Assembly (NCBI GenBank): GCA_964369365.1
Contig: CAYJES010000004.1
Span: forward strand, 1,682-65,681
Direction: 5' to 3'
Length of the DNA stretch: 64,000 nt
DNA from: an uncultured Lactobacillales bacterium
GTDB taxonomy: Bacteria > Pseudomonadota > Alphaproteobacteria > CAYJES01
Made by a program: the position numbers and the translations under genes. This document shows positions 55,891-64,000 of this stretch, piece by piece. A model generated the notes under the pieces. It made no database searches, had not been told where the DNA came from, and was given only the letters and a program-made list of their open reading frames with translations. Position 1 is the first letter of the stretch. Every line of letters starts with the position of its first letter.

Positions 55891-57213
55891 ATGGGCAATT
55901 TGATAACAGATATAGAACAAGATTTAAACTCGATTCCTGATATAACCATCTATGGCAAGGTCAGTTCTGTAAAAGGTTTGTTAGTAGAGATGGAGTCGAC
56001 ATCTGCTGCGGTATTGTCAATTGGTTCTTATTGCAAAATTGAAGCTGCTGATGGAAAAATTGTACCTTGTGAGGTTATTGGATTTAATCCCGATTCTATT
56101 TTATTAATGCCATTTACTTCTGTTGATGGGATAGCACCAGGTTGCAGAGTAGATATTTCATCGAATAGAGCTGTTATTTACCCTGATGTTTCATGGCTTG
56201 GCAGGGTCATTAATGCTTTTGGCGAACCTATAGATGATAAAGGCCCACTTACAAAAGGCCCTATTGCAATTCCAATTCGCAATAGCCCTCCTCCTGCCCA
56301 CAAAAGAAACAGAGTAAGGGGAAAAGTTGATTTAGGTGTAAAAGCAATGAACACATTCTTAACTCTTTGTAAAGGGCAAAGAATGGGGATTTTTGCTGGA
56401 TCTGGAGTTGGAAAATCATCTCTTATTTCAATGATGGCGAAACATACAGATTTAGATATAGCAGTGGTAGGATTAATTGGAGAGCGCGGCAAAGAAGCAA
56501 GAGAATTCTTAGAAGACGATTTAGGTGAAGAAGGCGTTAAAAAAAGCGTGGTTGTCCTTGCCACATCTGACGAAAGTGCTTTAATGAGAAAACAAGCCGC
56601 CTATATGACTATGGCTGTTGCTGAATATTTCCGTGACTTAGGCAATGATGTTTTATGCATGATGGATAGTGTTACTCGTTTCGCAATGGCACAAAGGGAA
56701 ATTGGATTATCTGCGGGCGAACCTCCTGCTTCCAAAGGTTACACCCCATCGGTATTTGCTGAACTTCCAAAATTATTAGAGCGCGCAGGACCAAGCACTG
56801 GAAAAGGTTCAATTTCTGGGCTTTTTACTGTATTGGTAGAAGGCGACGATCACAACGAACCGATATCAGACGCGGTAAGAGGCATCCTTGATGGGCACGT
56901 TATTTTGGATAGATCAATAGCTGAACGAAACCGCTTTCCTGCTATAAATATACTTCGCAGTATTTCAAGAAGCTTACCCGCTGCTAATGCTCCTAATGAA
57001 AATGCTCTTATTAATAGGGCAAGAAAAATACTATCAGTTTATGATAATATGGCAGAATTAATCAGGCTAGGAGCATATCGCGCAGGATCAAATCCAGAAG
57101 TCGATGAAGCAATCATCTTTTTTCCAAAAATAGAAGAATTTATAGCCCAAGAAAAAGATAAAGGTATAACTATCGAAGAATCTTATAAACTGCTAACAAA
57201 AGCATTGGCATAA
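55891..57213 (+). CDS. fliI: Flagellum-specific ATPase FliI
   Basis: 440 aa. Walker A GIFAGSGVGKSSLISMM, Walker B VLCMMDSVTRFAMAQREI, PAINILRSISR. Confidence 0.95.
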   Translation: MGNLITDIEQDLNSIPDITIYGKVSSVKGLLVEMESTSAAVLSIGSYCKIEAADGKIVPCEVIGFNPDSILLMPFTSVDGIAPGCRVDISSNRAVIYPDVSWLGRVINAFGEPIDDKGPLTKGPIAIPIRNSPPPAHKRNRVRGKVDLGVKAMNTFLTLCKGQRMGIFAGSGVGKSSLISMMAKHTDLDIAVVGLIGERGKEAREFLEDDLGEEGVKKSVVVLATSDESALMRKQAAYMTMAVAEYFRDLGNDVLCMMDSVTRFAMAQREIGLSAGEPPASKGYTPSVFAELPKLLERAGPSTGKGSISGLFTVLVEGDDHNEPISDAVRGILDGHVILDRSIAERNRFPAINILRSISRSLPAANAPNENALINRARKILSVYDNMAELIRLGAYRAGSNPEVDEAIIFFPKIEEFIAQEKDKGITIEESYKLLTKALA

Positions 57214-57219
57214 TAAAAA

Positions 57220-57639
57220 ATGAGCAAAACTCTTCCCACACTAATCAGGATAAGCAAATTCGAATTGGATGAAAAACAACGCGCATTATCGGATTTATTA
57301 CGAGCAAGAGACGAAATCCTGCGCCAACAACAAGAACTTGAAGATAAAAAAAAGAAAGAAGATGAGGCAGTTAAGGCAAATCCTGAACTTCACGAATATT
57401 ACTCAGGATTTTTAAATGCATATCTTGATAAAAGAAACAATCTAAGAAAAGCGCTAGAAGATATTGATTTAATCATCGAACAGGCTCGTGAAGTTTTAAG
57501 AGAAGCATTCCAACAACACAAAACATATGAAATAACTCATGAAAACATCACAAAAAAAGAAAAGCAAGAGCTAGAACAAAAAGAACAAAAAAATGCTGAT
57601 GAAATGGCATTAAATTTTCATAAAGCTACCCTTCTCTAA
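57220..57639 (+). CDS. fliJ: Flagellar export chaperone FliJ-like coiled-coil protein
   Basis: 139 aa, all-helical and charged. Directly after fliI with a 6-nt gap. Called mostly by position. Confidence 0.55.
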   Translation: MSKTLPTLIRISKFELDEKQRALSDLLRARDEILRQQQELEDKKKKEDEAVKANPELHEYYSGFLNAYLDKRNNLRKALEDIDLIIEQAREVLREAFQQHKTYEITHENITKKEKQELEQKEQKNADEMALNFHKATLL

Positions 57640-57808
57640 TTTGGTTTGATTATTTATCTTTTATAACTTGAAGAAAATATTATTATTATTATTTTTATTT
57701 ATTATCAAATGATAATGATTAAAAATCATGAGATTTAATCCTGCTATAAATGGAAAAGAAGTAATCAAATTAGAGAGGGGTAGCGATTAAGTTAGCAACT
57801 AAATTATT

Positions 57809-59914
57809 TTATTTGATTGGTATTTCAAATTCTATCTTAGTGCCTTCACCAAGCTTGCTGGAAATATTAAACATACCATCATGCAGCTCAATTAATTTCA
57901 AAACAATACTCAGACCGAGACCTGTTCCTTTATAATCTTTTGATTGCGCCGATTCGACCTGACCAAATGGCTCTAAAATTTTCTTTAAGTTTGCCTCACT
58001 TATACCAATTCCTTTATCAGCAATAGAAAACTTCATAATTCCTTCTTTTTCACGTACTGAAAGTTTTATTTCTCCATTTTGCGGGGTAAATTTTATCGCA
58101 TTTGATAACAAATTAAGCAAGATTTGTTTTAATAATTTTTCATCAGCATTAATCATAATATCTTCAGCAGGCAAATCTGTTACAAACCTACGTTCCTGAG
58201 CCCCAGGATATGCAAGAGTAATATTAAGCGTTTCTTCCAAAACATGAAACAAAGACAATTCTGATTTATTGATTTGCATTTTACCTGCTTCAATTTTGGA
58301 AATATCAAGCACATCATTAATAAGTGATAACAAATGCTCACCACTTTTATAGATAAGGTTTGCATATTCTTTATATTTAGGTTGCAATTCACCAAACATC
58401 TCAGCTTGTTGAATTTCTGCAAACCCTAGTATTGCATTAAGTGGTGTCCTAAGCTCATGGCTCATACTAGATAAAAATTCAGATTTAGTTTTGTTAGCAT
58501 TTTCAAGCTCTTCTTTTGTTTTTCTTAATGTCAAATTAAGTGTTATTAAATCTTGATTTCTGTTAGATATACTGGCTTCCCCTTGCCTTCTACTCAACAA
58601 CTCTCTATAAATAAAACACAAGAATAATGACAAGAATAAAACGAATAATATCGGGAAAATTCTGAAATGCATCAAAGAAATTTTCCATGAAAAATAATCT
58701 AAATCCATACCAAATACAGCAACAACATTTCCAGTTTCATTACTTTTAATCGGAACTAATATCGTTGTCCAAATTCCAGATTTATCAATAAATGGAGAAT
58801 AAACTTTACTTACCCCAGTTCTGAATATATTTTTAATTTTTACTTCAAAACTTTGTATATCTTGCAAATTTTCAATTGTTGAAGCAGACATAGGGTTATA
58901 TATTTTATATCTATCAGGCTCCATCTCCATAATGTATCTTATTTTTCCGTTTTTTTCCCACGTTGCAAGATAAAACAACATGATATCAGTTTGCGATGCA
59001 GTTATTTGCTTTAATCGTTGTTCAACCATATTTTTACTTCTCTCAGCATCTTGAGCTGATAAAGTTATCATCTTGTCTATATAAACAGAACTAAGTGTTG
59101 CAAGGGCCAAATTTGCCCTATTCTCTAAGTTAGTAATTTTTTCTCTTTCTGCAAGTTTTGATACAAAATCAACAGAAGCCCAGCCAGCACAAATAGATAA
59201 AATAAAAGTAATCGCAAGAATATGTTTTGGAAAGTTAGATGAATCTTCAAGAAATTCAGAACTGACCTCATTATTTAAATGTATCCAAATGCAATAAGCA
59301 GCAATAACAGCAGAAACAAGCTTAATATAAATAGGAATAACAAAAAGATAATCAATGTATCCAGATAACAATTGACGCAACGGGAACGTTGGAAAAAAAC
59401 AAAACGTTACCACATAAATACTGCTGAAAATCAGCCCTAAAAGCCCCGTAAAAGACTGCTTTCTTTTCACATGTCGTTTTATCAACACTAAAAACGCAGT
59501 TATTGTTACTGCTATACAATATGCTTGGGTAAAGTAAACAAGCCAATCTAACTTATTAATAGCTCCAACTATAGCAAGCGCAGTAACAATTGATAAATAA
59601 AATCCACCTCTTATATAAAGTACTGTTTTTTTGTTTTTGATCGAATGTAAAAATGCTTCAAGTAATACAGAAAAAGCAATTAAAATAAGAGGAACTCTTA
59701 AAAATTCAAGTTTAATATGAGGTGGAATGTAAATAAAGAAAATATCCAGCAAATATAAAATTGCTTGTAAAACCAAAAACATAACAACATATTTATACGG
59801 ATGTCGATTAATTTTATCTAATTTTACCAAATTATCAATAGTAACAGCAACCGCAATAAGGATTATGCAGATGAATAAATAAAGAAAATCAAAGTTATTA
59901 TAAAAAAATTCCAT
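57809..59914 (-). CDS. Membrane sensor histidine kinase (multi-TM N-terminus, HisKA + HATPase_c, no receiver domain)
   Basis: 701 aa. About 8 N-terminal TM helices, an extracytoplasmic or linker segment, one further TM helix. H-box SHELRTPLNAILGFAE, N-box LLSNAIKFT, G1 DKGIGI, G2 GTGLGLSIV. Confidence 0.85.
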   Translation of the reverse strand: MEFFYNNFDFLYLFICIILIAVAVTIDNLVKLDKINRHPYKYVVMFLVLQAILYLLDIFFIYIPPHIKLEFLRVPLILIAFSVLLEAFLHSIKNKKTVLYIRGGFYLSIVTALAIVGAINKLDWLVYFTQAYCIAVTITAFLVLIKRHVKRKQSFTGLLGLIFSSIYVVTFCFFPTFPLRQLLSGYIDYLFVIPIYIKLVSAVIAAYCIWIHLNNEVSSEFLEDSSNFPKHILAITFILSICAGWASVDFVSKLAEREKITNLENRANLALATLSSVYIDKMITLSAQDAERSKNMVEQRLKQITASQTDIMLFYLATWEKNGKIRYIMEMEPDRYKIYNPMSASTIENLQDIQSFEVKIKNIFRTGVSKVYSPFIDKSGIWTTILVPIKSNETGNVVAVFGMDLDYFSWKISLMHFRIFPILFVLFLSLFLCFIYRELLSRRQGEASISNRNQDLITLNLTLRKTKEELENANKTKSEFLSSMSHELRTPLNAILGFAEIQQAEMFGELQPKYKEYANLIYKSGEHLLSLINDVLDISKIEAGKMQINKSELSLFHVLEETLNITLAYPGAQERRFVTDLPAEDIMINADEKLLKQILLNLLSNAIKFTPQNGEIKLSVREKEGIMKFSIADKGIGISEANLKKILEPFGQVESAQSKDYKGTGLGLSIVLKLIELHDGMFNISSKLGEGTKIEFEIPIK

Positions 59915-60007
59915 GTTGTTTTTAGCTTCTTTTTGTATTAAGGTTATTAATTATATATAATAATTTCAATTTTTACTATGATTTTTTTAATTAAAAAGGA
60001 AAAATAA

Positions 60008-60304
60008 ATGGACACTATCATAATTCCAGCGTTAAAAGTTACATTATGGGCACTTTCATTTTACATTAATATTATTATTATTGCTGTAATTTTTGATTGG
60101 TTAAAAGCGTTTAATGTAATCAACAGTTATAACAAATTTGTATGGGCAGTAGGCAGTTTTTTATATAACATCACAGAACCAGCGTATAAACGGATAAGAA
60201 GAGTTATTCCGCCAATAGGTGGAATAGACTTATCTCCATTAATTTTAATTCTTGCAATTTATTTTGTCCAAGAGGTTATAACCCAAATTTTATTTAAAAT
60301 ATGA
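60008..60304 (+). CDS. yggT: YggT-family membrane protein
   Basis: 98 aa. RRVIPPIGGIDLSPLILILAIYF is the YggT motif. Confidence 0.75.
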   Translation: MDTIIIPALKVTLWALSFYINIIIIAVIFDWLKAFNVINSYNKFVWAVGSFLYNITEPAYKRIRRVIPPIGGIDLSPLILILAIYFVQEVITQILFKI

Positions 60305-60582
60305 TAAAACTTTTTATAAAAGTAACGCCAAACAGCAAGAAAATTGGGTTTAATGGTGTGATAGAAGTTGAAGGAAAATCATATCTTAAGCTAGGCATAA
60401 AATCACCGCCAATAGACGGAAAAGCAAATGAAGCAGTCATAAAATTCATAAGCGAATATTTTAATATATCAAAAGGCTTAATAACTATAACTTCTGGATT
60501 GACTAGCAAATATAAAGCTGTTACAATTGCCCAGGAAAATCAAGAAATAACAACAAAGATAAAGACACTTTTAAACCAATGA
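60301..60582 (+). CDS. DUF167 (YggU-like) protein
   Basis: 93 aa. PIDGKANEAVIKFISEYFNISKGLITITSGLTSKYKAV. 4-nt overlap with yggT. Confidence 0.7.
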   Translation: MIKLFIKVTPNSKKIGFNGVIEVEGKSYLKLGIKSPPIDGKANEAVIKFISEYFNISKGLITITSGLTSKYKAVTIAQENQEITTKIKTLLNQ

Positions 60583-61448
60583 TTATAAATGGAACAGCAG
60601 AAGCAAAAAAAATCCGAACCAGGCTAGAGGGTTTTATAAAAAGCAATCATATAACCCCTACCCTAGCAATCATCAGGATAGGTAACGATGAAGCATCAGG
60701 AATTTATATTAAATTCAAAGAGCAATATGCAAATGAAATTGGCATAAAAACTATTATAACTCATTTAGACGAAACAGCATCAACCAATGAATTAATTGAC
60801 ATTATAAATAACTTTAATGATGATATTTCTGTAAATGGAATTATCGTGCAAATGCCTTTGCCAAACCATATTGATAAAGAACTTATTGTATCTGCAATAT
60901 CTCCTATAAAAGATGTTGATGGATTTCATCCTGAAAATTTTGGCAAACTAAGCCTTGGGCTTAATGGCATGGTATCGTGCACTCCTATGGGTTGTCTTCA
61001 TTTAATCAAAACAATAATCCCAGACATTTCAGGACTAAACGCGGTTGTCATTGGACGTTCTATTATTGTAGGAAAGCCAATGTCATTAATATTACTAAAC
61101 GAAAATGCAACCGTAACAACGTTACATTCACAATCAAATGATATTGCAACTTATACCAAAACAGCAGACATCATTGTTGCGTGCACTGGGTATGCAAAAT
61201 TAATAAAAAAAGACATGGTAAAAGACGGAGTTATCCTTATTGATGTTGGCGTAACCAGAACAACAGATGGAAAAATCATAGGCGACAGCGACTTTGATGA
61301 AATAAAGGACAAGGCTTTGGCTATTACTCCTCCTATTGGTGGGGTTGGACCTATGACAATTGCAATGTTGCTTTACAATACTGTAAAAGCATATTCAAAA
61401 CAAAACAACATTTCTGGTTTCAATGAAAAATATTCTAAATTTATATAA
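60579..61448 (+). CDS. folD: Bifunctional methylene-THF dehydrogenase / methenyl-THF cyclohydrolase
   Basis: 289 aa. GIIVQMPLP, DVDGFHPENFGKL, VVIGRSIIVGKPM, GGVGPMTIAML. Confidence 0.95.
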   Translation: MIINGTAEAKKIRTRLEGFIKSNHITPTLAIIRIGNDEASGIYIKFKEQYANEIGIKTIITHLDETASTNELIDIINNFNDDISVNGIIVQMPLPNHIDKELIVSAISPIKDVDGFHPENFGKLSLGLNGMVSCTPMGCLHLIKTIIPDISGLNAVVIGRSIIVGKPMSLILLNENATVTTLHSQSNDIATYTKTADIIVACTGYAKLIKKDMVKDGVILIDVGVTRTTDGKIIGDSDFDEIKDKALAITPPIGGVGPMTIAMLLYNTVKAYSKQNNISGFNEKYSKFI

Positions 61449-61466
61449 TAACCGAGGGAAACGATT

Positions 61467-61886
61467 ATGGAAGAAATTTTATTAAACATGACACTTAGGC
61501 AAAAAACTGCCTTTTTAGTATGCCTTTCTCAACTTACTTCAGAAGAATTAATGGATGAAGAGGTTGAATACATCATTGATTTAGCATTAATGTGCAATTA
61601 TCCAGAAGACAAGTTCGAACTTATTTTCAATCCGATAGAAGAAAAAGACATGATTGAAATGCTACAAGACTTGTCAGATCCTTTGGTTGCAAAAATTTTA
61701 ATAAGAGAACTATTTTATCTTGGTTACGCTGATAACGAGCTTTCTGATGCTGAAATTATTTTTATTATGAGGGTAGCAGAAGCAGTTCGTCTACCAGTAG
61801 AAGAAGTTGAAAAAATCAGCGATTGGGTATCTGTTGGTTTGGAATGGGAAAAGCTGGGCGATGAATTATTTGGTAAAGGTATATAG
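61467..61886 (+). CDS. TerB-like domain protein
   Basis: 139 aa. LGYADNELSDAEIIFIMRVAEAVRLP resembles the TerB/DjlA-N repeat. Weak call. Confidence 0.35.
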   Translation: MEEILLNMTLRQKTAFLVCLSQLTSEELMDEEVEYIIDLALMCNYPEDKFELIFNPIEEKDMIEMLQDLSDPLVAKILIRELFYLGYADNELSDAEIIFIMRVAEAVRLPVEEVEKISDWVSVGLEWEKLGDELFGKGI

Positions 61887-61895
61887 GCTTTATTA

Positions 61896-62390
61896 ATGAA
61901 GAGGTTAAATATATTGATGAAACACTTATTTTTATTTTTATTTTTGTTTTTGGTTGGATGTGGGTTCACTCCACTTTACATATCACAAGAAATGAATGAA
62001 AAAGCGGCTATGATAGAAATTTCACCTATTGACGGTGCATTAGGTCAACAATTAAGAAGCAATCTTGAACATCGCTTTAACCCAAGTGGAGTTGTGTTTG
62101 AAAAACCATACAGACTAAATATAACATTAAAAGAAACAGAAGTTTCAAAACAAGGTATTCGTCAAGATGATACAGCAACTCGTATCACAATTTCACTAAC
62201 TGGGAATTACACTCTTTATTATAATAACGAAAAAGTATTAAGTGAAAAATCATATTTTTTATCTTCATACAATATTTTGCAAGATCCTTATTCTTCTTAT
62301 GTATCCCACAAAGACACGCTTAAACAGCTAACGGATTTGGTTGCTGATGACATTGCGCTTAGGATCGGGTTATATCTAAAGGATAATTAA
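61896..62390 (+). CDS. lptE: LPS-assembly lipoprotein LptE
   Basis: 164 aa. Lipobox plus the typical start LVGCGFTPLY. Adjacent to holA and leuS. Confidence 0.6.
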   Translation: MKRLNILMKHLFLFLFLFLVGCGFTPLYISQEMNEKAAMIEISPIDGALGQQLRSNLEHRFNPSGVVFEKPYRLNITLKETEVSKQGIRQDDTATRITISLTGNYTLYYNNEKVLSEKSYFLSSYNILQDPYSSYVSHKDTLKQLTDLVADDIALRIGLYLKDN

Positions 62391-63403
62391 TGGCAAAGAT
62401 AAATCAAGCAGGATTCGAAAAATTAAAAAACAACCTTCCAAGCAACGTAAAAGTATTTTTAAGTTACGGTAATGACGAAGGTTTAGTTTATGAATCAGCG
62501 GAATTTATTGCAAAAAAAATAAATCCTGACCTAAACGACCCATTTAATGTAGAACAACTGACAACCGCCCAAATAAAGGAAGATGCTGGAATTTTATATA
62601 TGGCAGCAACTTCAACTTCGCTTATGGGGGGCAGAAAATTAATAATTGTAAAGGGCGCAACCGATGTAATCACCCCTGCTGTAAAAGATTACCTAACAAC
62701 TGACACCGATTCTTTTTTGGTTATGTTTGGCGAAGGATTAAACACAAAATCAACCCTAGTAGCATTAGTAGAAGGTTCAGATTTTGGTATAGGGTTAGGT
62801 TGCTACGCTGATGATATTGGAGCATTGCGCCAGTTAATTTCACAAATGCTTAGCGATAATGGTATAAAATTTGACAACGACACAGTACAATTTTTAACCA
62901 GCAAACTGGGTGCAGACAGGAAAATGACCCGTTCCGAAATGGATAAATTAATAACCTATATCGGTGATGAAAAACTTTTAACCATCGAAATGGCACAAGC
63001 TTGTATTGATGACGCTTCTGCTGTTTCATTTGAAAATTTGACCGATGCTATATACGGAAAAAATCCTAAAAATTTATCATCAGCCTTACAAAAGTTGTAT
63101 GGGGAAGGCGAAAGTGAAATCGCAATATTAAGGATTGTAACTGCATTTTTCAAAAAACTTCTCCCTGCCTATAAAAGTTTAGAAAAAAACAGCAGTATTG
63201 AAATCGCAATTAACAACATCAAGCCTAAACCTTTTTATAAACAAGCTGATAAAATAAAAGCTCACCTTACAAAATGGGATTTTGTTAAGGTTAATAGAGC
63301 GCTTGAAATCTTACTAGAAGCAGAGGCAAACTGTAAAACAACTAATTATCCTGTATCGTTAATTTGTGAAAGAGCGTTGCTTCAAATAATTAACCTCAGA
63401 TAA
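62390..63403 (+). CDS. holA: DNA polymerase III delta subunit
   Basis: 337 aa. VFLSYGNDEGLV start and helical C-terminal domains. Conserved lptE-holA neighbourhood. Confidence 0.75.
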   Translation: MAKINQAGFEKLKNNLPSNVKVFLSYGNDEGLVYESAEFIAKKINPDLNDPFNVEQLTTAQIKEDAGILYMAATSTSLMGGRKLIIVKGATDVITPAVKDYLTTDTDSFLVMFGEGLNTKSTLVALVEGSDFGIGLGCYADDIGALRQLISQMLSDNGIKFDNDTVQFLTSKLGADRKMTRSEMDKLITYIGDEKLLTIEMAQACIDDASAVSFENLTDAIYGKNPKNLSSALQKLYGEGESEIAILRIVTAFFKKLLPAYKSLEKNSSIEIAINNIKPKPFYKQADKIKAHLTKWDFVKVNRALEILLEAEANCKTTNYPVSLICERALLQIINLR

Positions 63404-63487
63404 AAATCTTGAATTGATTTTTTATAATAAATAGTGCAAACTATCAAAATAAAATAATAAACTTTAACCTTTAAAAGAGAATGAAAA

Positions 63488-64000
63488 ATGGCAGATTATA
63501 ATCATATTGAAATTGAATCTAAATGGCGTAAACATTGGCAAGACGAAAAATTATTTAAAACCCATGATGATAAAGAGGCAATGGAAAAGCCTAAATATTA
63601 TGTTCTTGATATGTTCCCATACCCAAGTGGCGACGGTCTGCATTTGGGTCATTTAGAAGGTTATACAGCAACCGATATTATCGCTAGATATAAAAGGATG
63701 AAAGGCTTTAACGTACTTCACCCTATGGGTTGGGACGCTTTTGGACTTCCTGCGGAAAGATATGCGACTAGGGTTGGCGAACATCCATCTGTAATTACTA
63801 AGAAAAACTGTAATCGTTTTCGTTCTCAACTTCAAGACATGAGCTTTTCTTATGATTGGGACAGGGAAATCAGTACAACTGACGAAGGTTATTATAAATG
63901 GACGCAATGGATTTTCACAATAATGTTGGAACGTGGGCTTGCCTATGAAGTCGAAGCTCCTGTTAACTGGTGCCCTGCCCTATCTTCTGTACTTGCAAAT
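63488..64000 (+). CDS. leuS: Leucyl-tRNA synthetase, N-terminal part, runs off the right edge
   Basis: Not in the ORF track. My translation from ATG 63488 gives [25 protein letters not shown]...[55 protein letters not shown], with a HIGH-type motif. Confidence 0.9.
   Translation, partial: MADYNHIEIESKWRKHWQDEKLFKTHDDKEAMEKPKYYVLDMFPYPSGDGLHLGHLEGYTATDIIARYKRMKGFNVLHPMGWDAFGLPAERYATRVGEHPSVITKKNCNRFRSQLQDMSFSYDWDREISTTDEGYYKWTQWIFTIMLERGLAYEVEAPVNWCPALSSVLAN

Noticed and set aside
61927-61956. Hexanucleotide tandem repeat (TTATTT)x3 plus two degenerate units inside lptE, encoding the LFLFLFLFLV signal-peptide core. It could be a slipped-strand contingency locus.
   Set aside because: The repeat unit is in-frame, so it cannot phase-switch the gene. 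It is short and imperfect, and is explained by a hydrophobic signal peptide in an AT-rich genome.
1-64000. I looked for tRNA, rRNA, tmRNA, SRP RNA, CRISPR arrays, transposases, integrases and prophage genes.
   Set aside because: No cloverleaf-like GC-rich segments, spaced repeat arrays or recombinase-like ORFs were seen. All GC-rich islands are accounted for as the leaders, terminators and palindromic elements listed above.

Overview
This is a strongly AT-rich, gene-dense bacterial chromosome segment with about 70 supportable protein genes. I recognised no rRNA, tRNA, CRISPR array or transposase. All homology calls come from motif recognition by eye, with no searches run. Gene content suggests a flagellated alphaproteobacterium with a compact, endosymbiont-like genome. 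The evidence is a CtrA-type response regulator, a dcw cluster (rsmH-ftsL-ftsI-murF-mraY-ftsW-murG-murB-ddl-ftsQ-ftsA-ftsZ), ffh plus rpsP-rimM-trmD-rplS, lptE-holA-leuS, and folD. Also present are flgB-flgC, fliE, flhF-flhG, fliI-fliJ, an Mla/MCE lipid-transport operon, DUF47-PiT phosphate transport, pepN and nlpD. The stand-out region is the left end (1-7217, minus strand). A sigma70-like promoter and a structured leader drive a tightly packed, partly overlapping operon. Its order is NMNAT-like, CofE-like, HisG, PurC-like, formamidase-like::PurC-like fusion, Tmk-like kinase, HisA, HisIE. No hisB/C/D/H/F is in view. A GC-rich 58-nt leader, 57/58 identical, is repeated in front of two consecutive cistrons. 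HisG + HisIE + HisA plus a SAICAR-synthetase homologue is the published logic of coformycin/pentostatin (1,3-diazepine nucleoside) biosynthesis. The extra enzymes and the repeated leaders belong to no pathway I know, so this is my best candidate for an undescribed system. Secondary observations: two CgtA-like glycosyltransferase paralogues, one in a cassette bracketed by direct repeats. There is also an orphan prepilin-like protein with a Cys-rich C-terminus beside ftsZ, and a DUF2157-DUF4401-GDYXXLXY membrane trio. Conserved syntenies are interrupted twice (flgC/fliE, ffh/rpsP), the second time beside a 176-bp element with terminal inverted repeats. Finally, there is a structured GC-rich leader upstream of rpsP and a repeated palindromic terminator-like element with a compensatory stem change.
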